A program made the position numbers and the translations under genes. The notes under the pieces were generated by a model that saw only the letters and a list, made by a program, of their open reading frames with translations, was not told where the DNA came from and did no database searches. Positions 25,932 to 36,662 of a stretch of 64,000 nucleotides of DNA are shown piece by piece. Each line of letters begins with the position of its first letter. The stretch's first letter is position 1. Source of the stretch: a virus; the IMG/VR virus record IMGVR_UViG_3300045988_061891; one strand, given 5' to 3'.

Positions 25932-26467
25932 TGGATGAGTTCAGAAAACAAGTACTCAAGATTAATGGACCAAGAGTCCATAAGGTAAACAATTCATATG
26001 GAGTATATGATATATACAAGTATATCAGAAAGAACAAATGGTTTGATATAGGACAGCCTGTCACAGAACATCAGTTCTACTCCATAATAAGAAGAATGAA
26101 TAACCTTCTTGCTGATGCACTCATACATGGTCATGATATAGAGTTACCATGTAGGATGGGTGCCATAGAGGTGAGGAAATATGATGCAAGAATCTCAATT
26201 GAGAATGGTAAGATAAAGACTAACCTACCTGTAGATTGGGACAGAACACTTAAATTATGGTCAGAAGATGAGGAAGCCTATAAGGAAAGAACACTCATTA
26301 AAATGGAGGAGAAAGAGATATTTTCTATCTTTTATAACAGGACAGCGGCTAACTACAAGAATAAATCGTTCTATGAGTTTAGGCCCAATAGACAATTAAA
26401 GCTAATGATTAAAAGAAGAATCAAAGCTGGAAAATTAGATGCTTTTATGTTATGTGGAACGACTTAA
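25931..26467 (+). CDS. IHF/HU-like DNA-binding fold protein
   Basis: VTEHQFYSIIRRMNNLLADALIHGHDIELPCRMGAIEVRK matches the helix-helix-beta-arm start of Bacteroidota HU/IHF-like proteins. Its position matches the conserved crAss 'IHF' genes upstream of the ring and tubular genes. Confidence 0.45.
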   Translation: MDEFRKQVLKINGPRVHKVNNSYGVYDIYKYIRKNKWFDIGQPVTEHQFYSIIRRMNNLLADALIHGHDIELPCRMGAIEVRKYDARISIENGKIKTNLPVDWDRTLKLWSEDEEAYKERTLIKMEEKEIFSIFYNRTAANYKNKSFYEFRPNRQLKLMIKRRIKAGKLDAFMLCGTT

Positions 26468-27159
26468 GTATGAAAGAAAGAGCAGCTCTTATTAAGTTAG
26501 GTGTTGAGAGCGGAGTATATGATATAGATGAAATAAAAGATAGTTATAATCAATATAAAAATGGAGGTTATAAACCATCATATTCAATAAAAAAGAGAAT
26601 ATCTGATTGGGAAGGAAGTTCAATGAAAACTAATAGAGGTTTTGAGGATGAGGCTAGAAGTTTTAATATGGTGCTTCCTCAAGATGCAATATCAAGACTT
26701 ACTCAAGAACAACTTGATGGTTTATACAGTTATAGCTATAACGTAGGTGCTGGAACTTTTAAGAAGAGAGTTGCTCCTGTACTTGCAAACTATATAGCAG
26801 GAAGAGCCACTGCACAAGATGTGCAGAGTGCTATGTGGGCTAGTAAAGATAAGAAACTTAGAGGACTGGCAAAAAGAAGAAATGTTGAAAGAGCTATGTT
26901 TGGAAGTTACAATCCTACTTATGATGCTCCAAAAATTGATATTCCTACATTAGATGTTAATCCTATTTTTACAGAGAATGTTGTTGAACCCCCTCAATTA
27001 GAATTAGATGATACGCCTAATTTAGAAATACCAACTATTGATGACCCTGTACCCAGTTCTACAGAAGAAACAGATTATAATAGCTTTAATCCATTCAATA
27101 ATATTCTTAGTATATTAGGAACAATGGAAAGTCCAAGAAAAATAAATATCCATATATAA
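26452..27159 (+). CDS. GH24-like lysozyme domain protein with C-terminal acidic/Pro-rich extension
   Basis: IKKRISDWEGS (catalytic Glu context), LTQEQLDGLYSYSYNVGAGTF and GLAKRRNVERAMF align with P22/T4-type lysozymes (NQYDAL.S..FN.G, RR..E..LF). The D..G..TIG.G block is missing. Confidence 0.65.
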   Translation: MWNDLSMKERAALIKLGVESGVYDIDEIKDSYNQYKNGGYKPSYSIKKRISDWEGSSMKTNRGFEDEARSFNMVLPQDAISRLTQEQLDGLYSYSYNVGAGTFKKRVAPVLANYIAGRATAQDVQSAMWASKDKKLRGLAKRRNVERAMFGSYNPTYDAPKIDIPTLDVNPIFTENVVEPPQLELDDTPNLEIPTIDDPVPSSTEETDYNSFNPFNNILSILGTMESPRKINIHI

Positions 27160-27857
27160 TGGAAAGGTACGTTTCAATTAAAGAAATTTTAGACAACCTA
27201 CTTGATAATCCTTTACTTCAAGATTTAACACTTGAAAGGGTAGTCAATTATGCTGTCAGATTCATACAGAAGGTAGGTATGCCATCAATCTTTCTTGAGA
27301 AGACAGAGGAGATTGAGATAGAGAACTATAGAGGCAAACTGCCTTGTGACTTCTATGAGATGATACAGGTGAGAGCAGTAGGACACAACTGTGATGGAGT
27401 GTTCCATGAGGTGTTCAGGTACTCCACTGACTCATTCCATATGAGTCCTAATAAGACAAAGGATAATGACCTTACATATAAACTACAAGGTAGTTGCATT
27501 TTTACTTCTATGAAAGAGGGAACTATCGAAATAGCATATAGGGCATTCAATACTGACGAGGAGGGCTTTCCCCTTATACCTGAGAATGGCTCTTTTGAAG
27601 AAGCTCTTGAACTCTTCATAAAGGTAAAGCATTTCACTGTACAGTTTGAACTTGGCAAGATTGCACCACAGGTTCTACAACATGCAGAACAGCAATATGC
27701 TTGGGCAGTAGGACAGGCTCAGTCAGACCTTGTAAGACCTTCTATTGACCAGTTACAATCTTTCACCAACTCTTGGAATACCTTGATACAAAGAACTACT
27801 GAGCATAGTCAGGGATTTAAGAACAATGGTACCCAAGAGAAAATAAAGCTTCAATAA
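27159..27857 (+). CDS. Tail ring/adaptor protein (crAss 'tail stabilisation', P22 gp4-like position)
   Basis: 232 aa. It is translationally coupled (ATG overlaps the upstream stop) and lies directly before the very large tubular/muzzle-type gene. The call is synteny-based. Confidence 0.45.
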   Translation: MERYVSIKEILDNLLDNPLLQDLTLERVVNYAVRFIQKVGMPSIFLEKTEEIEIENYRGKLPCDFYEMIQVRAVGHNCDGVFHEVFRYSTDSFHMSPNKTKDNDLTYKLQGSCIFTSMKEGTIEIAYRAFNTDEEGFPLIPENGSFEEALELFIKVKHFTVQFELGKIAPQVLQHAEQQYAWAVGQAQSDLVRPSIDQLQSFTNSWNTLIQRTTEHSQGFKNNGTQEKIKLQ

Positions 27858-27859
27858 TT

Positions 27860-30800
27860 ATGCAGCAAGATAACCATATATTTCAAGGGCTAAGAAGAGA
27901 TAATCATCCAATAAGACAGGATGCTAAATTTCTTTGGGATGCCCATAATATAAGATTTACAGCCAGGGATGATAATACTTTATTATCAATGACTAATGAA
28001 AGAGGTACAGAACCTATTGATACTGTTGATATTAAAGGTTTATATGTTGGACATTGTATTATAGGGGAATATATAATTGTTTTCACTGAATATAAAAGAG
28101 TAGTTAAAACTAATTATATTTATAGAATTTCTAAAGTAAATGACACTTGGAAAAGTGTACAAATATATGAGGGAGATTTAAAAATGAATTGCAAGAATCC
28201 CCTTCAAACTTTAGGAATATATGAAGGTGATTTAGTACAAAAAGTTTATTGGGTAGATGGCATTAATCAACCAAGAGTTATTAATGTAGTAGCTGATAAA
28301 CTAATATATGATAAAGATATTTCTGAATTAACAAGTACTGAAAAGTCTAAATTATATCCACAAGGATGCTTTGACTTTGTACAAGAGCTGGGTCTTAATG
28401 AAGAGATAACAGTTACTAGAGAAGAAGGTGGTGGAGCATTTCCACCAGGTACTATACAATACGCATTCTCTTATTATAATAAATATGGACAAGAAACTAA
28501 TTTGTTCTATACTACTGAATTATTTAGTACTTCTTTTATAACTAGAGGAGGTAGTCCAGAAGATGTAGTTAATAATACTTTTCATATTTCTATTGAAAAC
28601 CCAGAAACTAGATTTCAATATCTTAGAATCTATTCTATACATAGAACATCTATTGATGCTACACCTACTGTTAAGATAGTTACTGATGTAGAAATTACTA
28701 ATGATTCTACTAAAATAGTATATATTGATACGGGACTAACAGGTAGTAATATAGACCCAACAAAAATGCTTTATATTGGAGGAGAGTCTATTATAGCTGG
28801 AACTATTGCTGAAAAAGATAATACTTTATTTCTAGGTAATATAGAACTTGAAAGACAATCTATTTCAGATGAGATTAAGGATAATCTTAAATTTAAGAAA
28901 GAGAATAATAAAATTACAATAAGTGCATCTTCTAGAGACATAACATTAAATAGTATTAATAATTCAAACTCAGTATACGAATATAATAATCAATTGTCTA
29001 TAGGTAATACATCTACATTTAAAATAGGTGATGTTTATAGATTAGGTGTTCAGTTTCAACATAAGAGTGGAAAGTGGTCAGAACCTTGTTTTATAAAAGA
29101 TTATGTTATTCCTAGAACAAAAAAACCAGAAATAGAAAATGATGTATTAACAGTACCCAGTATTAAAGTAACTATTGATAATGAAACTATAAAATCATTA
29201 GAGGGTCTTGGTTACAAAAAAGCTAGACCTTTAGTAGTTCTTCCTACTGTCTATGATAGAATGGTTATTGCTCAAGGCATATTATGTCCTACTGTATTCA
29301 GTGTAAAAGATAGAGTGTCCAATACTCCATTTGCTCAGTCTTCTTGGTTCTTTAGACCAATGTCTGAAACAAATGATAATTCTATAGATATAGGAAAAGG
29401 AGCAACAGTCTCTTTTGCTCATCTAGAGTCTTTAAAAACAGGAAGTGATAGAGGAGCAGAAATACAGAACATGACTTATATTCCATTTGCGACAGTTAAT
29501 GATGCTGCTAAAAAAGATAGAAGTATAAATAATAGTGCATTCTTTATAGACCAATCTATTGTAACTATGCACTCACCAGATATAGAGTTTGATGATAGTA
29601 CCAAACAAGCTCTGGAGAATGGTGAATTTGAACTTAATATTGTAGGTCTAACAAATTTTAAATCCAATGCTAGTGATATAAGTATTCAGACTTCTTCAAG
29701 TGTTCCATCTCCCAATGATATTGGTTTTTTTCATAAAACATTTCTTACTACAGATTATGAAAATAAAGGTATGGTAGCAGGTATGTTTTATAAAAGTCAT
29801 TTAATTGATGATTCTAAAAATGCCGAGTCATTTGGTGGTTATAACGAAACTGAAAAGAATTGGGAATTAAATTGGCTTGTATATCCTTGGCATAGGTCTG
29901 GGTCATTAAATAATGATATAGTTAGACCAAGTGATAAAGGTACTAGAACTTCTGTATTAAAAAGAAAAGTAATATCTAATATTAGATTTTCTCCTGACAA
30001 TATTTGGTTAAACGATGTGTGGAGTTCTAAGAAGAAAGATAATACTACTGGTATTACACCAATATCTATTTTTAGCAGTAACGAAGTATCTCTTATTAAA
30101 ATTCCAATACCTAAAAACTCAGGTATAAAGGTTCTTAATTATTATGGTAATGTAGACACTTTAATTACAACAGATGATGAATATACATTTTATGTATCTC
30201 CAAACACAGGGGTTGATTTAAATGATTCTGGTGTTGTAGCTAATTCATTTACTAAATACCCGTTACAGAATATAAAAGTAAATTATACATTTTCTGGAGA
30301 TTACCATAAACAATTGCAAACTACTACAGACCCAGTAAGAATGAAATATAAATCTACTGACCATGCTGTATTTGCTTTTGATTATTTAGATAATGCTTCT
30401 CCAGTAATACTACCCAGTATAGAGTTTCTTAATTCTGGTACAGATACATTTATAAATAAGTATACAAATATTAATACTGTCCCATTTTGGTCAAATAAAA
30501 AGGACGATACTCCTTCATTTGTAGTTACAGGAAGAGCACAATATGAAGATATACAAGATATGTCTGGAGTAGCCAATATTGAAGCCCGTATATTAGCTGA
30601 ACTGAACATCACATACAATGATGCTACTACTGATACATATGCTATATGTACTTGTTCTAGTAGACCAGGTGACCCTAACTTCGCTGATTTATATCAAGGA
30701 ACTGGAAACACTACTTCTCCTTGGAAAAAAGTAGAATTAACAAGTGGTGATGTAGATAAAGTATATGAAAGTATGAGTACAGCAACCTATTGGCAAGTAA

Positions 30801-32356
30801 AAAATAATGGAAGTACATTTGTTCTTACCAGACTTAAGACTGAATTAGTGTATTCCGTAAAGCAAGATACTATAAAGGCTCCTGATGATAAACTTTATGC
30901 TTGTCTCTTTTTAGCAGAGTTAAGAAGAAAAGCTGAACCTGCTAACATATTTGGAGGAGACTCTGATGAAGCTTTAAGAAATAATTTGTGGATTCCAGCA
31001 GGAAAACCTGTTAGTTTGAATAAACCTATAGATTTTATATATGGAGATACTTATTATCAAAGATATGATTGTTTAAAGACTTATTCTTTTACAACAGAAG
31101 ATGAGAACAGTGTAGTTGAGATAGCTTCTTTTATGTGTGAATCTAGAGTTAATTTAGATGGTAGATATGATAGAAATAGAGGTCAAATAAGTAACTTAAA
31201 CATGTCTCCACAAAACTTCAATCTTATTAATTCAATATATTCACAGAGAGATAATTTCTTTAATTATAGAATATTAGATAAGAAATATTATAGAAATGTC
31301 AAATATCCTACACAAATATTATGGTCTATGGAAAAATCATATTTAGATGACATAGATATATGGTCTAATATCACCTTAGCCAATTCACTAGACCTTAGTG
31401 GAAGTGCAGGAGCTGTTACTTCTATTGAAGTTTTTAATGATTTGTTAATTGCATTTCAAGAAAAGTCTGTAAACCAAATTTTATTTAATAGTAGAGTACA
31501 AATTCCTACATCAGATGGGGTTCCTGTAGAAATTAGCAATAGTTATAAAGTTGATGGAGCTAGACCAATAAGTACAAATATAGGATGTCAAAGTAAATGG
31601 TCTATAGCTAAATCACCGATAGGTCTTTATTTTATTGACAATACTACAGATACTTTATATTTGTATAATAGTCAACTACAAGATATTAGTACACAATTAG
31701 GTGTAAAATATTGGTTAAGAGAAAACCATCCTACTGATGATTCTTTTATAAGATTAAGTTATGATACTAAGAACAGAGACTTATACTTAAGTCCAAAAAA
31801 CAATGAGTCTCTATGTTATTCAGAACAGCTTGGTCAATTTACATCTTTAATGAGCTATGTAGATGTAATTATGTTTCCAATGGATAATGATTTCTTATCA
31901 TTTAAATGTGATGAAGCATTAAATAAAGTTAGTTTATGGGAGAATTTTAAAGGTCCATATAATAGTTTCTATAATGAAATAAAGTTACCGAGTTTTACAT
32001 ATATATGTAATGCGAATTCTACATACACTAAAGTATTTGATACTATAGAATATAGAGCTGATATTTATGATGATAAAGGAAACCCTATACATAATAGGTC
32101 ATTTGATTGGATAAAGGCTACTAATGAATATCAAGATTCTGGTATAAAAAGCTTTAATCAATCAAGAAGAGTTGTTAATGACACATCACTTAGAAAGAAA
32201 TTTAGAATATGGAGAGGACAGATTCCTAGACAACATAGAGAAAGAATTAGGAATCCTTGGACTGCTATAAGTTTAGGTTTTAATTTATCAAGTAAATTAG
32301 AGGACAATCACTTCCAGTTTATTTTACATGATATTTCAACTAAGTATACTGTATAA
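27860..32356 (+). CDS. Large tail tubular/muzzle-type protein
   Basis: 1,498 aa. It occupies the position of the crAss 'Ttub' (P22 gp10-like) gene after the ring gene and is followed by a strong terminator. Confidence 0.5.
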   Translation: MQQDNHIFQGLRRDNHPIRQDAKFLWDAHNIRFTARDDNTLLSMTNERGTEPIDTVDIKGLYVGHCIIGEYIIVFTEYKRVVKTNYIYRISKVNDTWKSVQIYEGDLKMNCKNPLQTLGIYEGDLVQKVYWVDGINQPRVINVVADKLIYDKDISELTSTEKSKLYPQGCFDFVQELGLNEEITVTREEGGGAFPPGTIQYAFSYYNKYGQETNLFYTTELFSTSFITRGGSPEDVVNNTFHISIENPETRFQYLRIYSIHRTSIDATPTVKIVTDVEITNDSTKIVYIDTGLTGSNIDPTKMLYIGGESIIAGTIAEKDNTLFLGNIELERQSISDEIKDNLKFKKENNKITISASSRDITLNSINNSNSVYEYNNQLSIGNTSTFKIGDVYRLGVQFQHKSGKWSEPCFIKDYVIPRTKKPEIENDVLTVPSIKVTIDNETIKSLEGLGYKKARPLVVLPTVYDRMVIAQGILCPTVFSVKDRVSNTPFAQSSWFFRPMSETNDNSIDIGKGATVSFAHLESLKTGSDRGAEIQNMTYIPFATVNDAAKKDRSINNSAFFIDQSIVTMHSPDIEFDDSTKQALENGEFELNIVGLTNFKSNASDISIQTSSSVPSPNDIGFFHKTFLTTDYENKGMVAGMFYKSHLIDDSKNAESFGGYNETEKNWELNWLVYPWHRSGSLNNDIVRPSDKGTRTSVLKRKVISNIRFSPDNIWLNDVWSSKKKDNTTGITPISIFSSNEVSLIKIPIPKNSGIKVLNYYGNVDTLITTDDEYTFYVSPNTGVDLNDSGVVANSFTKYPLQNIKVNYTFSGDYHKQLQTTTDPVRMKYKSTDHAVFAFDYLDNASPVILPSIEFLNSGTDTFINKYTNINTVPFWSNKKDDTPSFVVTGRAQYEDIQDMSGVANIEARILAELNITYNDATTDTYAICTCSSRPGDPNFADLYQGTGNTTSPWKKVELTSGDVDKVYESMSTATYWQVKNNGSTFVLTRLKTELVYSVKQDTIKAPDDKLYACLFLAELRRKAEPANIFGGDSDEALRNNLWIPAGKPVSLNKPIDFIYGDTYYQRYDCLKTYSFTTEDENSVVEIASFMCESRVNLDGRYDRNRGQISNLNMSPQNFNLINSIYSQRDNFFNYRILDKKYYRNVKYPTQILWSMEKSYLDDIDIWSNITLANSLDLSGSAGAVTSIEVFNDLLIAFQEKSVNQILFNSRVQIPTSDGVPVEISNSYKVDGARPISTNIGCQSKWSIAKSPIGLYFIDNTTDTLYLYNSQLQDISTQLGVKYWLRENHPTDDSFIRLSYDTKNRDLYLSPKNNESLCYSEQLGQFTSLMSYVDVIMFPMDNDFLSFKCDEALNKVSLWENFKGPYNSFYNEIKLPSFTYICNANSTYTKVFDTIEYRADIYDDKGNPIHNRSFDWIKATNEYQDSGIKSFNQSRRVVNDTSLRKKFRIWRGQIPRQHRERIRNPWTAISLGFNLSSKLEDNHFQFILHDISTKYTV

Positions 32357-32362
32357 TTTAAT

Positions 32363-32404
32363 AAAGGCATAAGATTTTTCTTATGCCTTTATTATTTTCT
32401 TCTT
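32363..32404 (+). terminator. Rho-independent terminator after the muzzle-type gene
   Basis: AAAGGCATAAG-attttt-CTTATGCCTTT is followed by ATTATTTTCTTCTT. Confidence 0.85.
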
Positions 32405-32433
32405 AGGCTATTGTGTATTCCAATAACTTTATT

Positions 32434-32441
32434 TATCTTTG
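32434..32441 (+). promoter_or_regulatory. Bacteroides-type -7 promoter box (TATCTTTG) for the cargo-protein operon
   Basis: ttTATCTTTGta lies 17 nt upstream of ATG 32459, downstream of a terminator. Confidence 0.65.
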
Positions 32442-32458
32442 TACTAAAATAATAAGCT

Positions 32459-34786
32459 ATGGCTAACAAATTAATTAAAAGAAGATATAATGAACTCCTT
32501 ACAGCTAGGAACCATTACTTCAAATTTGGAGACTTCCTCTTTAAACCAGGCGAAAGTGGGAAAGTTACCAATAGAAGTCTCAATAATATGTCTACATTGG
32601 GAGAGGGTATTACTAAAGCTGTTGGTACAGCTACTGGTCAATTAGGAGGGGGTCTTATTGGAGGAGGTCTTCAGTCAGGAGTTGGGAAAGCTTTTCAAGG
32701 ACTGAGTGGTGTAGCTTCTGCAATTCCAGGTCCCTGGGGAGCTGCGGCTTCTGCTGGGTTAGGGATTCTTGGTGGTCTTGCAAACAGAATGTTTGGTTCA
32801 AAGATGAACACTGAGAATATTGCTGAAGTAGAATCTAATATCAACAATCTGAACAACTTCCAATCTGATGCTTCAGACTTTGACACTCTATCCCAGAATT
32901 GGGCTAATGCTGATGTAGGTATGGCATTCGATGACAGTTTCATAGGTAAGGATGGATGGTTTAGTAACAAGGCTAAAAATAAAGCAGCTGACCTGAGAAG
33001 ACAGATAGATGCTGGTACTGCTTGGGTTCAGAGCTCATTAAAGAACAATGCTGAAAATATAGATAATACTCAAATGCAGGACCTTCTTGCTAATTATGCT
33101 GCTTATGGTGGTCCACTCCTCTTTGCAGAGGGAGGTGGCATTCATATAAAGCCAGAGAATAGAGGTAAATTCACTGAGACTAAAAGAAGAACTGGCAAGA
33201 CTACAGAGGAACTCACACATAGTAAGAATCCTATTACCAGGAAGAGAGCTATCTTTGCTCAGAATGCAAAGAAATGGCACCATGCCTTTGGTGGAGACCT
33301 TATGACTCATGGAGCTAACTTTGATACAGGAATAACTCTCGTAGGTAATGGTGGAACTCATGAAGAGAATCCACTTGAGGGAGTACCAATGGGTATGGAT
33401 TCAGAAGGTGTTCCTAATCTAGTAGAAGAAGGAGAAGTTATCTTCAATGACTATGTATTTAGTAAAAGATTAAAAGTACCAAAGGAAGTGAGAAAAAAAT
33501 ATAAATTAAGAGGAACAAATTCTCTAACCTTTGCAGATGCTGCTATTCAAATGAGCAAGGAATCTGAAGAAAGACCCAATGACCCTATAAGTAAGGCAGG
33601 TCTTGAAGATGGAATGCTTAAACTTATGATGGCACAGGAGCAAATAAGAGCAAAGAAGGGTGGCAATAAGTTTGCTAAGGGAGGAAGAATAGGAAGAATC
33701 TATGCAGGGGAAGAAGGTGACCCGTACTCTCAAGTATTGAATCTTGGGCAAGGACCCCTTGACCCTGAGTATGTCAATAAAAAGGAGTGGTTTGCAATGC
33801 CTTATATGTCTCCTGAAGAATACTCACACTCTGACCTACTAAACATAGACCTTAGTCCTAGAAATCCTCTTAGCTCTTTTGTAATAGGGTCAGGTAAGCC
33901 TACAACACTGCCTGGGACAGCAAGAACTATACCAGAGGAGGGGAGAGACACTGGTGGAGGTGAGAAGATGGCTCCAACTTGGATGAGGTATGCTCCAGTA
34001 TATGCTTCTGGGATAGTATCAATGACAGATGCTTTAGGTCTGACTAATAAGCCTGATTATGGTGATGCAAAAGCTATACTAGAGGCATCTAAGAATGCTG
34101 GTGCCTATAATCCAATCAAGTTTAGACCTGTAAGTAATTATCTAACCTACAGACCATTTGATAGAAACTTCTATACTAATAAGTTAAGTGCAGAGTCTGG
34201 TGCTGCTAGAAGGGCTATACTCAACACTTCTGGTGGTAATAGGTCGCGAGCTTTGGCAGGAATACTTGCAGCTGATTATAATGCTCAAGGAAAGATGGGA
34301 GACCTTTTCAGACAGGGTGAAGAATATAACCTTGCACAGAGACAAAAGGTTGAAGAGTTCAATAGAGCTACTAATATGTTTAACTCAGAAGGAATCTTCA
34401 AGGCTGACCAAGCTAATCAGGCTGCTCAATTACAGGCAAGGTCTTCATACCTTAAAGGAGCACTTGCTGCTTCTGAACTCAGACAAAAAGAAAGGCTTGC
34501 ATCTACTTCTGCAAGAAGTGCAAATCTATCCAACTTTATTAACTCTCTTGGTGATATTGGCAGAGAGAACTTCTCAAGAAATATGATTGCAGGGGATAAG
34601 TCTAAGTATTATACTCTTGGCCCTAATGGAGAGCCTATATACAAGAGTGCCTTTTATGATTTACCCGAGGCAGAGCAGGCTTACATTTCTGGTTATGCAA
34701 ACAGAGAGAGTGAGAGGAAGAAGAGTAAAAGTAAGAGTGAAAATAAGAAGTCAAAGGGAGGTTACTTAACTATAAGAAGAAAGTAA
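32459..34786 (+). CDS. Cargo/ejection protein with Gly-rich hydrophobic segment
   Basis: 775 aa. It contains GQLGGGLIGGGLQSGVGKAFQGLSGVASAIPGPWGAAASAGLGILGGLA, typical of pilot or tape-measure-like membrane-inserting proteins. It has its own TATCTTTG promoter box. Confidence 0.45.
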   Translation: MANKLIKRRYNELLTARNHYFKFGDFLFKPGESGKVTNRSLNNMSTLGEGITKAVGTATGQLGGGLIGGGLQSGVGKAFQGLSGVASAIPGPWGAAASAGLGILGGLANRMFGSKMNTENIAEVESNINNLNNFQSDASDFDTLSQNWANADVGMAFDDSFIGKDGWFSNKAKNKAADLRRQIDAGTAWVQSSLKNNAENIDNTQMQDLLANYAAYGGPLLFAEGGGIHIKPENRGKFTETKRRTGKTTEELTHSKNPITRKRAIFAQNAKKWHHAFGGDLMTHGANFDTGITLVGNGGTHEENPLEGVPMGMDSEGVPNLVEEGEVIFNDYVFSKRLKVPKEVRKKYKLRGTNSLTFADAAIQMSKESEERPNDPISKAGLEDGMLKLMMAQEQIRAKKGGNKFAKGGRIGRIYAGEEGDPYSQVLNLGQGPLDPEYVNKKEWFAMPYMSPEEYSHSDLLNIDLSPRNPLSSFVIGSGKPTTLPGTARTIPEEGRDTGGGEKMAPTWMRYAPVYASGIVSMTDALGLTNKPDYGDAKAILEASKNAGAYNPIKFRPVSNYLTYRPFDRNFYTNKLSAESGAARRAILNTSGGNRSRALAGILAADYNAQGKMGDLFRQGEEYNLAQRQKVEEFNRATNMFNSEGIFKADQANQAAQLQARSSYLKGALAASELRQKERLASTSARSANLSNFINSLGDIGRENFSRNMIAGDKSKYYTLGPNGEPIYKSAFYDLPEAEQAYISGYANRESERKKSKSKSENKKSKGGYLTIRRK

Positions 34787-34787
34787 T

Positions 34788-36662
34788 ATGGCAAATTATA
34801 GTTTAATACTAGATACAAAGTTTAAGCCATTTTCTTATCAGGAAATGCTGGCACCTGTAGCTGCTTCTACACAAGCACACCAAGCCTTGGAAGAGGAGTA
34901 TAATGAACTTGCTGCTAAGGCCAATGTGTGGGATAGATTGGCAAATGAGCAGACTGACTCTAAGGCTTATAAGATGTATAAGACTTATGCTGATGACCTT
35001 TCTGCAAGGGCAGATGACTTAATGAAGTATGGTCTTAATGTCTCAAGTAGAAAGGGAATGCTTGATATGAGAACTAGATACAGTAAGGAGATAGTTCCTA
35101 TTGAGGTTGCATACAAAAGAAGAGAAGACCTCGCAAAAGAACAGAGAGATGCCATGAAAGTCGACTCTACCTTAAGATACCAAAGATATGCAAGAGAAAT
35201 GAGTCTTGATGACTTTATCGACGACCCATCTTTAGACTATGGGAAATCCTACTCTGGGGATTTACTTGCTAAGCAAGTATCTAAAGTTGCTGCTAACTAT
35301 GCTGAAGTTCTTACAAGAGAGGGAGGTCTTGAAAGTTTAGGACTTCCATACCAATATAAGTCTAGAATAGGATATGGAGCAACACCAGAAGAGATACTGG
35401 CTGTTATCAATGATGCTGCCTTGAAAGGACATGAGGGAGCAATTAAGTTCTTAAAAGGTGCTAGAGACCAGGTACTGCAATCTTCAGGTGTACTAGATTG
35501 GACAGACCCTGATTCTGAAACTCGTAAGTTTTTTGTATCCTCTGCAAATCGAGGGTTATTTAGTGCTCTTGGTAAAACAGAACTTAAGAACTATACTGAT
35601 TCCTATAGTATGGAAGATGCTCTTAAGAAAAAAGCTGCGCAAGATGAGATAGATAGACAGAACAGAATTACTAGAGGTAACATTCCAATAGATATACATC
35701 ATCTATCATCTCCTCATCAAGAAGGCGTAAAAGGTGCTGATATTGCTAAACAATTACAAGGCAGATTGGGACTTTCAGGAGCTTTAAATGGAAGATATGC
35801 TGTGAATATTGACTTAGGTCCTCTTGTAGTAGGAATTACCAAGTACAGTACTATCGATAAATTTGGAAATGAAACTTTCAGGGCTACTTTTAAAAATAAA
35901 ACTGGAGGTACCACTATAAAGATATTCAACAGTAGACATCAGTTATATGACAGAAAGACTATAGTCAACCAGGGTGGAGATGAGGCTAGTAGGAAAGCAC
36001 TTGGAAAGTGGTATGATAAGACACTCTCCATGCTGAAGGCCAACGTAACACCTGACAAGTATGGCCATTGGACAGTAGCAGGTATATCAAAACAGTTAAA
36101 GGGTATCTATCAAGACAACGCAGGGATTACTATGGGAGCTATGAAAATAAACTTTGGTGAAGAGGAGAATAAAAAAGTTCTCAGTACACTGCTTCCAGAA
36201 CTTACTTCAGGAGACGAAACCTCAATCTATGAGATTACTGAATTCTCAAGAGATGGAAAGATTACTAGAGGAAGTAAAGCTAAAGAGTCTGACTTTAAGG
36301 ACGATAAAGGAAATATTATAGGCACCCCTATGTACTATGCTAGTCCAATTGCCAATACAGACGGACTTATTATGAAGTTCAAAGGCAAAACGTATCTCAT
36401 TCCAAGAGAAAAGTTAGGTAGTCTAGGTGAACACACGTATCAAATAAGTATACCAAATTTACAGAAGGCTAAACAAATAAAGGATAACTTAATAGCAAGA
36501 TATGGAGAACCAGCTTATTATAACTCTAAAGAAGGACAAATGGTAGAGGAAATGTTGGATAACTATGGGGCTGCATATCTAAGAGCCGCAGGAACTACGT
36601 TAGGTTACTCCCTTAAAGTACCTTCATATACTCTTTCAGGAAATGATAATCAAGGAATATAA
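34788..36662 (+). CDS. Virion cargo-module protein, function unknown
   Basis: 624 aa. It is tightly coupled between two cargo-like genes. Confidence 0.4.
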   Translation: MANYSLILDTKFKPFSYQEMLAPVAASTQAHQALEEEYNELAAKANVWDRLANEQTDSKAYKMYKTYADDLSARADDLMKYGLNVSSRKGMLDMRTRYSKEIVPIEVAYKRREDLAKEQRDAMKVDSTLRYQRYAREMSLDDFIDDPSLDYGKSYSGDLLAKQVSKVAANYAEVLTREGGLESLGLPYQYKSRIGYGATPEEILAVINDAALKGHEGAIKFLKGARDQVLQSSGVLDWTDPDSETRKFFVSSANRGLFSALGKTELKNYTDSYSMEDALKKKAAQDEIDRQNRITRGNIPIDIHHLSSPHQEGVKGADIAKQLQGRLGLSGALNGRYAVNIDLGPLVVGITKYSTIDKFGNETFRATFKNKTGGTTIKIFNSRHQLYDRKTIVNQGGDEASRKALGKWYDKTLSMLKANVTPDKYGHWTVAGISKQLKGIYQDNAGITMGAMKINFGEEENKKVLSTLLPELTSGDETSIYEITEFSRDGKITRGSKAKESDFKDDKGNIIGTPMYYASPIANTDGLIMKFKGKTYLIPREKLGSLGEHTYQISIPNLQKAKQIKDNLIARYGEPAYYNSKEGQMVEEMLDNYGAAYLRAAGTTLGYSLKVPSYTLSGNDNQGI

